Shown here: positions 51,570 to 61,366 of the stretch, in pieces | How positions within the stretch are numbered: the stretch's first letter is position 1 | How the letters are laid out: each line of letters begins with the position of its first letter | From: Nitrospirota bacterium | GTDB taxonomy: Bacteria > Nitrospirota > Nitrospiria > Nitrospirales > Nitrospiraceae | Assembly: GCA_963701855.1 (NCBI GenBank) | Contig: CAVPBK010000006.1 | Location: forward strand, 224,001 to 288,000 | Direction: 5' to 3' | DNA: 64,000 bases | The notes under the pieces: model-generated | Database searches by the model: none | Seen by the model: only the letters and a program-made list of their open reading frames with translations | Told to the model about the DNA's origin: nothing | Position numbers and translations under genes: made by a program

Positions 51570-53239
51570 TTAATCGTGCCCGTCGACGTCCCAATTATTC
51601 ACGGGCAAAATCTCCAGCGTCCGATTATCTCCATGCTGTCCGGTGTAAAAGACTCTCCATCCATCATGAAATGGACGAGGATTCTTGGCTCCGAGAAGGC
51701 CCCCTATCGTGGCATCACCGTCGGATACATGGATGCCGGTGATCTCATTGTCGCCTTCGTTCTGAAAACCGGGCAGGCCGCTGAACGCAGAATCGATCGT
51801 GGCCGAGGAATCGCGTCCTTGCGCGAGCATGCGGACAGGCTGATTCGCCGAATTGCTGTAGTCGAGCCGGACGTCGAACAGGAACGCAGAATCCAGCGCG
51901 TTCCGCTGGGTATGCAACGTATCGCCGGCATCTTCCACAAATACGATCTTATTCGGGGTCACGAAGGCGACGTTGTCGAGCCCGGTATGTTGGACATCGC
52001 CCTTGTACAACATCGTCAACTTGCTTTTGTCGCCGGATGGCTTCTGCAGCGTCAACTTCATGATCGATCCGAAGCCTCCGTAATCCCCCCCGCTTCCGTC
52101 AACGCATTGGTATCACCGGTTTCATCGAAGAAGAATTCCTGGAATTGGGTCCCGGGACGGAATTGCCCGTTTTCCGGACGCTTAAACGGCGTAGCGCCAG
52201 CGGCTTTGGCCGCCGCATTGGCATCGAACGCGGTAGTTCCTTGATGGTCAGTGTCGTGGATGACGATCCACTTGGCGTCAAACACCTTTCCGTAGGTGTG
52301 GAGATCGAGCATGTCGTCGGATTTAATATCCGCATCAGCCTGGCCGGAATGGAACACAATCGGCGCTCCCGTACGGAGTGACGTCACTTGCAAGGCCTGC
52401 AACTTCCCACCCGCCTTCAGATCCCGTGGATTGTTGGGGATGAAACGATACAGAAAACTGTTCGGCTGTTTGGCGTGGGGGTTGCTCGTTCCTGCTGAGC
52501 CCCCCAAATCTTCGACGATCACGATGTTGCCGGACGAATCCGCTTGCATGCCTTCATAGCTTCCAAGTCCCATCACGCCGGAGAGGTCTTCGACGACTGC
52601 GGGGACATCGAGCGTGGCTTGATACACGCGGCCAGTGTTACCTGCCTCAGTAGAAAACAGCAGTCGCCGGGAGAAGGGATACCAGGTCGAGCCATCGATT
52701 GTCTGCAACGGGACCCCGTTCGTATCCTTCTCAGCGAGAAGCGTGACCCGATGTGCGGCGTCGGCATCGAGGTTGATGCGCGTGATAATTCCTTGCTTAT
52801 TCACTCCCACCTCATGCCCCTGGAACAGAAAATGCGTACCGTAGTTGTACCGCGGATCGACTCCGTGGAGCCCCGGCAATACGAGATAGGTGTTCTTATC
52901 CGGCTCTGTCTTCGTCGCTTCAACCTTGTGCCCCGTAGAGGGAAGATCACCGGCGGGTATGGGAAGCATCGGACCGTCGATGCTGTAGCCGTAGTAACCA
53001 CTGGTGGCTGCCGAGGGGTTCTCCAAAGGCGTGCTGCCCTGCGCCACGGTCACCTCTTGAAATTCCGGCGACAAGACGTTGGGAGAGGAAATACCAGGCG
53101 CCTTTGTATTGGCTGTGGGCACCGACGTAATTGGCCCGGCGATCGCTGATTGCGCTCCCATAATCGCCGCCGTCGCCAGTCCAACTTTTGCGGTGGCTAA
53201 CCCCCATTTCACCATTCGTTTTCTGAGTTTTGCCATCAT
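51570..53239 (-). pseudogene. Secreted PhoX-like (DUF839) alkaline phosphatase, frameshifted at a G7 run (52085-52091)
   Basis: Signal peptide; YEG, FKRPEN, LDN, ED, EITG and QH motifs; one extra G restores ...EAGGDYGGFGSIMKL... Confidence 0.75.
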
Positions 53240-53700
53240 CGACTCCTTTTCACATTTCCTCACAGTGCCGGACGACACCAGCAGCAGCGAGCGTGACGTG
53301 ATCTGTATTGGCACAGGTGGTTGATTGATTGCTCTTGGCCCATACCGTACTGTCATTGACGCTCTCCTCCTTGTCGCATGCGTGCAGTGCAGTGGACGAT
53401 TGCTCGCGGACGAGGAAGAACCGGATGCCTCAGATACCTCTTTGCTTGTTATCGATGCCGCGTCACGGGAACGGTCCGAAGAAGCTGCAGTCTTCTCCTT
53501 CCCAGCTCGTTGTCGGCACCCTCACACGAAGCACAGTCACAGGAGTCTGTTACGAATCGATCTGTCCATCCTCAAAAACTCGTAACAACGGTGTTAAAAG
53601 ATAAATACTCCAAGATATCGAGCAGTCGAGTAGGCATATAATTGCATCGACTGGGCGAGAAAGTGTATGGTGGACTCAGTCTTATAGTGGAGGTTCACTG

Positions 53701-54132
53701 ATGAGACACGCACGGACACGCACGGTTCTTTCTTCGCTTCTGTATGCTTTCCCGCTGGCGGTGCTCGGTCTTCTCGCAGCCTGTGCTTCAGCCCCCGATT
53801 ATCCGGCTCCCGATCGTCCTGATTGGATTCGTATCGGTGTGACGACGAAGGACGAGGTGATACAACGATACGGGCAACCTGATTTGGTGATCGCTTCCAC
53901 TGACGGCGACACCGCCGTCTACCGCCCAACCGCTTCCGGACCATCCGCCCCGCGAGTCGAAATTCCCACTGCCCAGGCCGGCCCCCTCGGATCAGGTACG
54001 ACACGTATGCAAACGATCAACCCGGGCCTAGGTGCCAACGATATGAACACGAAGACGAAAGAGCGGTTTCGGAGTGAAATTCGCATCCGATACGATGCTC
54101 GAGGCGTCGTGCAGGAGCTGTCACCCCCTTAA
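53701..54132 (+). CDS. Lipoprotein with SmpA/OmlA-like domain
   Basis: GGAGG RBS, lipobox LAAC, IGVTTKDEVIQRYGQP, YDARGVV. Confidence 0.75.
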   Translation: MRHARTRTVLSSLLYAFPLAVLGLLAACASAPDYPAPDRPDWIRIGVTTKDEVIQRYGQPDLVIASTDGDTAVYRPTASGPSAPRVEIPTAQAGPLGSGTTRMQTINPGLGANDMNTKTKERFRSEIRIRYDARGVVQELSPP

Positions 54133-54134
54133 CC

Positions 54135-54330
54135 CGTCTTACTCATGAGCGCTTCTGCTGCATTTGCGGATTCTCCGCTCTTGCGAGTAAAGTGTGCGCG
54201 AGAGAAGCAAGACATGCGCGATGGGCGTGACTCGCGAAGATGAAACTTCCAACCCGCCCCGCTTTTCTCGCATATCTCGTGCGAATAACGAGCTGCGCTT
54301 CACGAGGAACGCGCTTTCTGGCGATTTCGC
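54135..54330. repeat. Dispersed MITE-like repeat, copy 2 (inverted relative to 43461-43673)
   Basis: GCGCTTCACGAGGAACGCGCTTTCTGGCGATTT is the near-exact reverse complement of 43493-43525; TCATGAGCGCTTCTGCTGCA matches the reverse complement of about 43641-43660. Confidence 0.7.
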
Positions 54331-54496
54331 ACGTACCGTCAGAAATAATGCAGGTTAATCGGCCGATCTGATTCTAGGTTGCTTCTGTCAGAATCACGCG
54401 TATACTCATTATCCGCAGATCGGGCCAGGCGCTTCCGTTGACTCTCTCCCTCTACATCGGTGTTAAGATAACTCCTCACGGGAAACAAGGACTTCG

Positions 54497-55612
54497 GTGG
54501 ACGCTTTTTCATTGACTTCATTTACGATCAATAAAGGCACCTGTTATGCCGTGTTTGCCTACGATATCGGGTGGTCGATCAATTTGGAGGATGTCAACCG
54601 CCGAATCACGGCTGACAGAGAGCGCAGCCGCCTCCGGCATAAGACAAGAGCTCCGCAATATTTCGAATACCGACCGGCGCCGTTACGCCTCATGCAAGAA
54701 GGAGGAAGCCTCGCGGTCGGCCAGTATCAATCCAGCCCTACGGTCGAAGTGATGGTGTATGACTTCGGCGCCGTGACCATCACCTACCGGTTTATGCTGG
54801 ATGGTCCCTTCGAGGGCCTGCTCGAACTCAGCGAGTCGCTCTACGAAAACAAGCCCTTGCTGACGGAGTCACGCAAGCGGGTAGAGCAGCTCGTTCAGGC
54901 GATTCATCCGTCGATCGAACGGCCCAAGATCGCCAAAGAGGTGGAGGATTACAACATCTTCTCGATTGAATCCTATTCGCCGGAGCAATCGCTCCCGCTC
55001 TGGACAAGCCAGAAGACAGAACTGGCACAGGTGCTTCGTGGCGAACGGACGCCGCTCGCAGACCAAGAAATTCAAGATGCCACGTCCTGCCGCATTTCGT
55101 ACGGAGTCGGAGACGCCGCACTCATCGACTGGCACTCGGCCGTGATCTTCGGAAAGGAGATGGACGACGTGCGAGCCGTGCTGGAATTTGCCAATGTGGA
55201 GCTCTTGGAAATGCGGATGCTGGACGAACAACTCGATGCGGCGCTGGATGAGGGGTACGCCGCGCTCACCCGAAAGCCTCGCTTGCTGCCGCTCCCCGGT
55301 TCGCACGACAAGGACACCACGCATATCGCGCAGCTGCAAGTCGACGGCGCGCTCCTCTTCGAGCGGGTGACAAACACCTTGAAGCTTTTAGGCGATCAGT
55401 ACCTAGCGCGCGTCTATCGGCTCGCTTCGCAGCGTTTCCACTTGGAAGCCTGGGATGCGAGCATTCTGCGCAAGCTGGAGACGTTGGAAAGCATTTACGA
55501 TAAAATGTCGGCCCGCGCGACCACCCGTCGCATGGAAGTGCTTGAATGGATCATCATCGTCCTGATCGCCGTTTCGATCGCGGTATCGTTCTTCCCGATG
55601 GGCGGACACTGA
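54497..55612 (+). CDS. Membrane-anchored protein, RMD1/DUF155-like
   Basis: YDFGAV, long helical C-terminal half, terminal MEVLEWIIIVLI transmembrane segment. Confidence 0.65.
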   Translation: MDAFSLTSFTINKGTCYAVFAYDIGWSINLEDVNRRITADRERSRLRHKTRAPQYFEYRPAPLRLMQEGGSLAVGQYQSSPTVEVMVYDFGAVTITYRFMLDGPFEGLLELSESLYENKPLLTESRKRVEQLVQAIHPSIERPKIAKEVEDYNIFSIESYSPEQSLPLWTSQKTELAQVLRGERTPLADQEIQDATSCRISYGVGDAALIDWHSAVIFGKEMDDVRAVLEFANVELLEMRMLDEQLDAALDEGYAALTRKPRLLPLPGSHDKDTTHIAQLQVDGALLFERVTNTLKLLGDQYLARVYRLASQRFHLEAWDASILRKLETLESIYDKMSARATTRRMEVLEWIIIVLIAVSIAVSFFPMGGH

Positions 55613-55737
55613 CGAAGGTAAGACATGAACGGTGAAACGTGACGCGTAGTCCTGCCGAGTAATCTTTCTCCAAAACCTTTCACGTTTGACGATTCATATT
55701 CCACGGGTCGCCGGGCGACGTATACCTCCTCCAGTCA

Positions 55738-56688
55738 TCAGAGTTCGGCTTGAGCCACCGCCAGGCTCGGCTCAAGCACCGGCACTTCCGAAGTCATCAA
55801 CCCGGCCGAGTCCCCGAGCCCGAACGGTTCCCGGCGCAATTCGCCGCCGTTTCTTGCCCGATAGACCAATTCATCCGTTTGGAAATCATATTCTGGAATC
55901 TCCTGGTTCTCCCACCGCTTCGTGAAGTACTGATAGAAGAGTGTGTAAAGCCCGTGATGGTCGAGATTGTGCTGAAAGACATATTCCGGCATCCAGCGAA
56001 TGTCGAGCTCCGTGTGATAGTGCTGGGGCCAGAGATAGTCGCCAAGAATGACCATCCGCAGATGGGGTCGATCGGAATAGAGCTTCAACCGGATGACCTT
56101 GCCGCTGGCGCGAAAGCGTTTGATCAGTGCGATTGTGTCCTGAAGTTCCCGCCGAAATTGATCCGGAGAAATGTCCGAATGCGAAAGCGACAGGGCTCGC
56201 CGCGCCGCTTCTTCTGAAAACGGATTCAAGAGGATTAACTTCGCTTCAAGACAGGTTCCCAGCAAAGCGTGCAGTTCAGCTTTATCGTCCACAACAGTGC
56301 CATGGCCGGTCACCCCTATGGCCAAGACCGTCCGTCCAAAACTTTGTTGCTGTTTTAGGTTCCGGATCGTTTTCCCAGCACCAGGATCGTGCAACGGAAA
56401 AAACGAGACCAACCCCGCGCCCCTTGCCAGCACGGCCTGGCGGCGGTCCTTATGGGCTCGCCACAGGTAGTTGGACGTGACGATGAGAAAAAGTGCAACG
56501 CCGACCTCAATGGTAATCAACAGTACCTTTTCATGTTCAACATGCGACCAGAACGCCAGGAACTGCCGGGCAATGCTCGGTAGCGACCAGGCGATTCCTG
56601 CGCTGAGCCCTACGACCACAGCATGAAACGCCAAGGCACTGACCTCGGTCACAAATTCTTGCAGTTGAGAGAACTTTCCTCTATACAT
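55738..56688 (-). CDS. Hypothetical protein with two N-terminal TM helices and a possible PLD-like soluble domain
   Basis: Two hydrophobic segments, then LILLNP...IRLKLYSD.P..RMVILGD pattern; AAGGAAGG upstream. Confidence 0.65.
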   Translation of the reverse strand: MYRGKFSQLQEFVTEVSALAFHAVVVGLSAGIAWSLPSIARQFLAFWSHVEHEKVLLITIEVGVALFLIVTSNYLWRAHKDRRQAVLARGAGLVSFFPLHDPGAGKTIRNLKQQQSFGRTVLAIGVTGHGTVVDDKAELHALLGTCLEAKLILLNPFSEEAARRALSLSHSDISPDQFRRELQDTIALIKRFRASGKVIRLKLYSDRPHLRMVILGDYLWPQHYHTELDIRWMPEYVFQHNLDHHGLYTLFYQYFTKRWENQEIPEYDFQTDELVYRARNGGELRREPFGLGDSAGLMTSEVPVLEPSLAVAQAEL

Positions 56689-56843
56689 GCCTTCCTTTCG
56701 ATTGCCAAAGCGGGGCGACCAACCGAAAACTGCGTCGCCAATTACCTTCTTTGTACTCTATGCCTGCTATGAGCTTCGCCGAGCCGTGTTACGGACAGGT
56801 AAATTCACGGACGACACACGGTAAATATTGAAGATTGAGCGGG

Positions 56844-57314
56844 CTAGGCCACATCCAGACGCAACAGCCGATTACGGTGTCCGTCGTAGTCGGGCACGAG
56901 CCGCTGATACTCCAGCGGCATGAGGGAAGACGAGATGAGAAAATCGGCTGAGGCCCGGTTGCAGGCGATCGGAATGTTCCAAACCACGGCAATACGGAGA
57001 AGTGCTTTCACATCTGGATCGTGCGGGTGTGGCTCCAGCGGATCCCAGAAGAAAATGAGAATGTCGATTTCGCCTTCACTGATCTTCGCCCCAACCTGTT
57101 GGTCCCCGCCCAGCGGCCCGCTTTGGAGCCGCTCCACATGAAGATCCAGCTCCGTTTGAATTAACTTTCCTGTAGTCCCCGTCGCGATGAGCTTGTGCAC
57201 GGCAAGGGCCTCACGATTGAACTTGGCCCAAGCCAGGAGGTCTTGTTTTTTGTTGTCATGCGCGACGATAGCCACGGTTTTCTTTTCAGCCATCGTCATG
57301 GAGCTGTCTTTCAT
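56844..57314 (-). CDS. mgsA: Methylglyoxal synthase
   Basis: AHDNKK, ATGTTG, SGPLGGDQQ, FFWDP, PHDPDVKALLR; AGGAGGAGG RBS. Confidence 0.96.
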   Translation of the reverse strand: MKDSSMTMAEKKTVAIVAHDNKKQDLLAWAKFNREALAVHKLIATGTTGKLIQTELDLHVERLQSGPLGGDQQVGAKISEGEIDILIFFWDPLEPHPHDPDVKALLRIAVVWNIPIACNRASADFLISSSLMPLEYQRLVPDYDGHRNRLLRLDVA

Positions 57315-57585
57315 GTACACCTCCTCCTAACTCTCTTCCATTCTCTCTGTTTGATTCTTGAAAGAGTATGGCAGGCCATTGTTACAGGCTGGTTTCGTGA
57401 CCAGAAACCCTTCTGCGCCAAAGACCTTTGCCCTTCCCGGCATGGACCAGTGGAGGTATCTGCCGCTGGCCGAAACGCTTCAGGTCTCCACCTGCGTCAT
57501 TCGCGAAGGCTTCTACTACAACCGCCTGCATGTGGGGTCCGCACGCAGACAGGCCTATCCGCTGTTACGACGCCCTCGGCTTCCT

Positions 57586-58245
57586 TCACTCTGCCGCCAT
57601 ATGCCGGATAATCTTGCCTTCCACCAAATAGACGACGAGTTCGGCGATATTCGTAGCATGGTCGGCGATCCGCTCGTAATACTTACCGATGAACGTGAGG
57701 CGAGCCGCTCGCGTGATGGTTCTTGAATCTTCCAGCATGAATGAGACGAGTTCTCTGAAGAGTTGCTCCGTGAGATCGTCAACAAAAGGGTCGTCCCGGC
57801 AGACTTTTCGCGCCAGTTCGGCATCACGATTCACAAAGGCATCCAGGCACTCTTTGACCATCCGGATCGTCCACTCAGCCATTCTCGTAATATCGAGATA
57901 GGGTTTAAGCTGGGGTTCTTTGTTCAACTCGATCGCCCGTTCGGCAATGTTTTCGGCCAGATCACTTATCCGTTCGAGTTCTGTGGAGATCTTCATAGTC
58001 GTCGTAATAAATCGGAGGTCGCCGGCCTTCGGATGGTGGAGCGCCAGCAGGCGGAGGCACATCTCGTCGATCTCGAGATCCAGTGCGTTGATGTGCGAGT
58101 CGTTTTCGACAACTTCAATCGCCAGGTCCGTATTCCGCTCGGTCAACGCTCGTAAGACATCCTGCAATTGAGATTCGACAGAGCCGCCCATCAGCAAGAG
58201 CTTCTTTTTGAGATCGTTCAGCTCGACATCGAGATGTCGTTCCAC
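57586..58245 (-). CDS. phoU: Phosphate signalling protein PhoU
   Basis: Duplicated PhoU repeats, DLR...ELERISDLA.NIA and ERIADHATNIAE; GTG start after GGAGG. Confidence 0.95.
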   Translation of the reverse strand: MERHLDVELNDLKKKLLLMGGSVESQLQDVLRALTERNTDLAIEVVENDSHINALDLEIDEMCLRLLALHHPKAGDLRFITTTMKISTELERISDLAENIAERAIELNKEPQLKPYLDITRMAEWTIRMVKECLDAFVNRDAELARKVCRDDPFVDDLTEQLFRELVSFMLEDSRTITRAARLTFIGKYYERIADHATNIAELVVYLVEGKIIRHMAAE

Positions 58246-58909
58246 CGCTGCCTCCAAGTAAGAGTAACGGAAGCTGAAGTGTTCGGAACTTCGAACCCTG
58301 ACATTCAATCTAGAACCGTGCCTGAAGTTCGCGTGCTCAGTCCGCTGACCTCGGTCGCTCACTCCATCGGCCAGGTCTCAATATTGTGCTGAGCCCGAGC
58401 ATGCCGAGGATGATCAAAATGAAGACGAACGACACCATGAGGAAAAACGCACTGCGTAGTCCCATGATCATGATGACCCACCCCATTTGCTCTCAGGAGA
58501 CGCCAGGAATCCAGATCGCCGAATCGATACCAACCACGATGCCGGAAGCCGTCATGAAGATTCCGATCGACGTGCCGGACATGATGGGGTAACTTTACCC
58601 ACACTCAGATCACTACGCCGTTGCAGGTTGGTTATGAATCTGTAACATTTTGATCTCGTGTCTTGGCGGAAGTCTGGTCGCTTCCGGCGCAAGTGCGCAG
58701 GTGGGCAACGAGAACGGCGTGATCATTATTGCGGCCAGCCGACGAACACTTGCATTCTGCAGCCGCATGAGCGGATGGGATGAATTCGAATATCGGATCC
58801 TGGCGCCCCCCTCCCCCATGCGATTTAACAGAAGCTTGAGCCAATCTTAATCGAGCCGAACCGGCGTTCCTTGTACTCCGCCTCCAGCCCTAACAGTCTG
58901 GAGATCTTC

Positions 58910-59116
58910 ATGAGTCCCTCACCAAACGTTCCGTATTTTGTCGAACTACTCGTGCCCGGCGCAGAGAGCGAGCAGAAATTCCTCCTCCTCGCCGTCCAGG
59001 CCGCTCTGATAAAATATCGCGCGTCGCATCACCAGGGTACCAGCCCACCACAAGCAACCTCTGATGAAGTATTATATTCTTCCAAGAGAGATCATACTGA
59101 GATGCAGGCTTCTTGA
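58910..59116 (+). CDS. Small hypothetical protein upstream of ppk1
   Basis: GGAG RBS, 68-aa ORF co-oriented with ppk1. Confidence 0.4.
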   Translation: MSPSPNVPYFVELLVPGAESEQKFLLLAVQAALIKYRASHHQGTSPPQATSDEVLYSSKRDHTEMQAS

Positions 59117-59163
59117 GCGTATAATGGCTGAGACCAGGAGCACAATCAAAAGAGCCGAGGTCG

Positions 59164-61281
59164 ATGGCGCGAGTGATTGTCAAGCAAAGACCCCGTACGA
59201 TGGATCTGACAGACCCCTCTCTCTACTTAAACCGTGAGCTCAGTTGGGTACGTTTCAACGAACGGGTGCTCGAAGAGGCGCTCGACCCCTGCCATCCTCT
59301 GCTCGAACGCCTGAAATTCCTGTCGATTTTTGGCAGTAACCTCGACGAATTTTTCATGATCCGCATGTCCGGCTTGTACTGGCAGGTGCAGACCGGCTCA
59401 GTTGAAGCTCCGCCGGACGGCCGAACACCTGAGGACCAGATTCGGGCGGTCCAGCAGGCCCTTGCCCCGCTGCTCGCACGGCAGATGGCCTGTTGGGACA
59501 GCGATCTCCAGCCAGCCCTGCGTGACGCGGGGATTCATGTGCTGACCCACCCGGATATCTCGAACACAGCGACAAAACACCTCCGCGAGTATTTCAAGGA
59601 AGCCATCCTCCCGGCGCTGACCCCACTGGCCTTCGATGCCGCGCATCCGTTTCCCCACATCTCGAACTTGTGTATGAACCTCGCCATCGTCGTCATAGAC
59701 GCCGATCATAGAGAACGTTTCGCGCGCCTCAAAGTGCCGCGTCTCTTTCCGCGCCTTCTCTGCGTCCCACACGGGTTCCCACCCAGCCTCAGTGCCGACG
59801 GAAATCCCTGTGCATTCGTCTGGATTGAGGAGCTAATCGCCGCGAACTTGGATCTCCTGTTTCCCGGCTGCGAGGTGGTGGCGGCCTATCCGTTCAGGGT
59901 GACCCGTGACGCGGATCCGGACATCAAAGAAGACGAAGCCGCCGATCTCCTGCTGGCGATTCAGGAAAGCCTTCGGCAGCGGCACTTCGGATCGGCGGTG
60001 CGACTGGAAGTCAGCGCGAAGATGCCGGACAGGATACGCCGGATTCTCGGGCAGAACCTCCACCTCGGTCTCGATCAGCTCGACACGGTACTCGGTCCTC
60101 TTGGCATGGCCGATCTGATCGAGCTCACCAGACTCAATCGGCCCAACCTAAAAGATCCGCCAGTGCCGCACAAAGTCGCTCCGGCCTTGGCGAGGGACGA
60201 TGTCTTCACTACAATGCGACAGCGCGATGTCCTGCTCTATCATCCGTACGACAGCTTCATGCCGGTCGTGGACTTTCTTCGAACCGCGGCTGTCGACCAC
60301 CACGTGTTGGCCATCAAACAAACGCTCTACCGCGTCGGACCAGACTCTCCCGTCGTCGAAGCGCTGATGGAGGCACGGACAAACGGGAAGGAGGTCGCCG
60401 CGCTGGTGGAACCCAAGGCGCGGTTCGACGAAGAACACAACATCGTCTGGGCCAAGGAACTCGAACGGGCCGGAGTTCATGTCGTGTATGGATTAGTGGG
60501 GCTGAAAACGCACGCGAAGATGTGCCTGGTCGTGCGGCGTGAGGGAGGTCGGCTCGCTCGGTATGTGCATCTCAGCACCGGCAACTACAATCCCACGACG
60601 GCGCAGGTCTACACCGATCTGGCGCTTCTAACCAGCAGTTCCGCAATCGCCTCCGACGTGGCGATGCTGTTTAATGCATTGACCGGATATGCGCGACACA
60701 CAGGCTATCACAGTTTACTGGTCGCGCCGGAGGAAATGCGCACGGGGATCCTCCAGCGAATCGAGCGAGTCATTGCCGGACACGGCAGCACGGGCCAGGG
60801 GTATCTTGCATTCAAACTCAATGCCCTGACAGACCCGGTGTGCATTCAGGCCCTCTACCGTGCCTCGCAGGCCGGCGTCAGGATCGATCTCCAGGTCCGC
60901 AGCATCTGCAGCCTACGCCCGGGAGTCAGCGGAGTCAGCGACCACATCACTGTGACATCGCTCGTCGGTCGATTTCTTGAGCATAGCCGCATCTTCTATT
61001 TCCGATATGGCGAAGATGAGGAACTGCTCCTCGGCAGTGCCGATCTCATGCCGCGCAATCTGGACGGGCGGATCGAGATCCTCTTCCCGGTTGAAGACAC
61101 ACAGCTTCAGCGCGTGATCCGCGACGAGATTCTATTCACCCACCTCCGCGACACAAAACAATTGCGCCGGATGGACGACAAAGGCTCGTACAGTCGGGTC
61201 ATAGGGAAACCGCTCGATCCGCCGTTCGACTCGCAGGCCTGGATGCTTGAGCATGCTGGAACGTGGAATAGGAGGGAGTGA
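59164..61281 (+). CDS. ppk1: Polyphosphate kinase 1
   Basis: NRELSW, NLDEFF, HPFP, HPYDSF, KQTLYR, KTHAK, TGNYN, GRFLEHSR, GSAD. Confidence 0.97.
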   Translation: MARVIVKQRPRTMDLTDPSLYLNRELSWVRFNERVLEEALDPCHPLLERLKFLSIFGSNLDEFFMIRMSGLYWQVQTGSVEAPPDGRTPEDQIRAVQQALAPLLARQMACWDSDLQPALRDAGIHVLTHPDISNTATKHLREYFKEAILPALTPLAFDAAHPFPHISNLCMNLAIVVIDADHRERFARLKVPRLFPRLLCVPHGFPPSLSADGNPCAFVWIEELIAANLDLLFPGCEVVAAYPFRVTRDADPDIKEDEAADLLLAIQESLRQRHFGSAVRLEVSAKMPDRIRRILGQNLHLGLDQLDTVLGPLGMADLIELTRLNRPNLKDPPVPHKVAPALARDDVFTTMRQRDVLLYHPYDSFMPVVDFLRTAAVDHHVLAIKQTLYRVGPDSPVVEALMEARTNGKEVAALVEPKARFDEEHNIVWAKELERAGVHVVYGLVGLKTHAKMCLVVRREGGRLARYVHLSTGNYNPTTAQVYTDLALLTSSSAIASDVAMLFNALTGYARHTGYHSLLVAPEEMRTGILQRIERVIAGHGSTGQGYLAFKLNALTDPVCIQALYRASQAGVRIDLQVRSICSLRPGVSGVSDHITVTSLVGRFLEHSRIFYFRYGEDEELLLGSADLMPRNLDGRIEILFPVEDTQLQRVIRDEILFTHLRDTKQLRRMDDKGSYSRVIGKPLDPPFDSQAWMLEHAGTWNRRE

Positions 61282-61366
61282 CGACCTGCAAAGACGCGAC
61301 GCTCAATCCCTCGGCGTCGAAAAGCCAGTGCCCCAGATCATGGGCAGCGGATACCGTAATACCGGA

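Noticed and set aside
57358..57726. 122-aa + strand ORF between mgsA and phoU
   Set aside because: It overlaps phoU antisense and has no recognisable motif or clear RBS.
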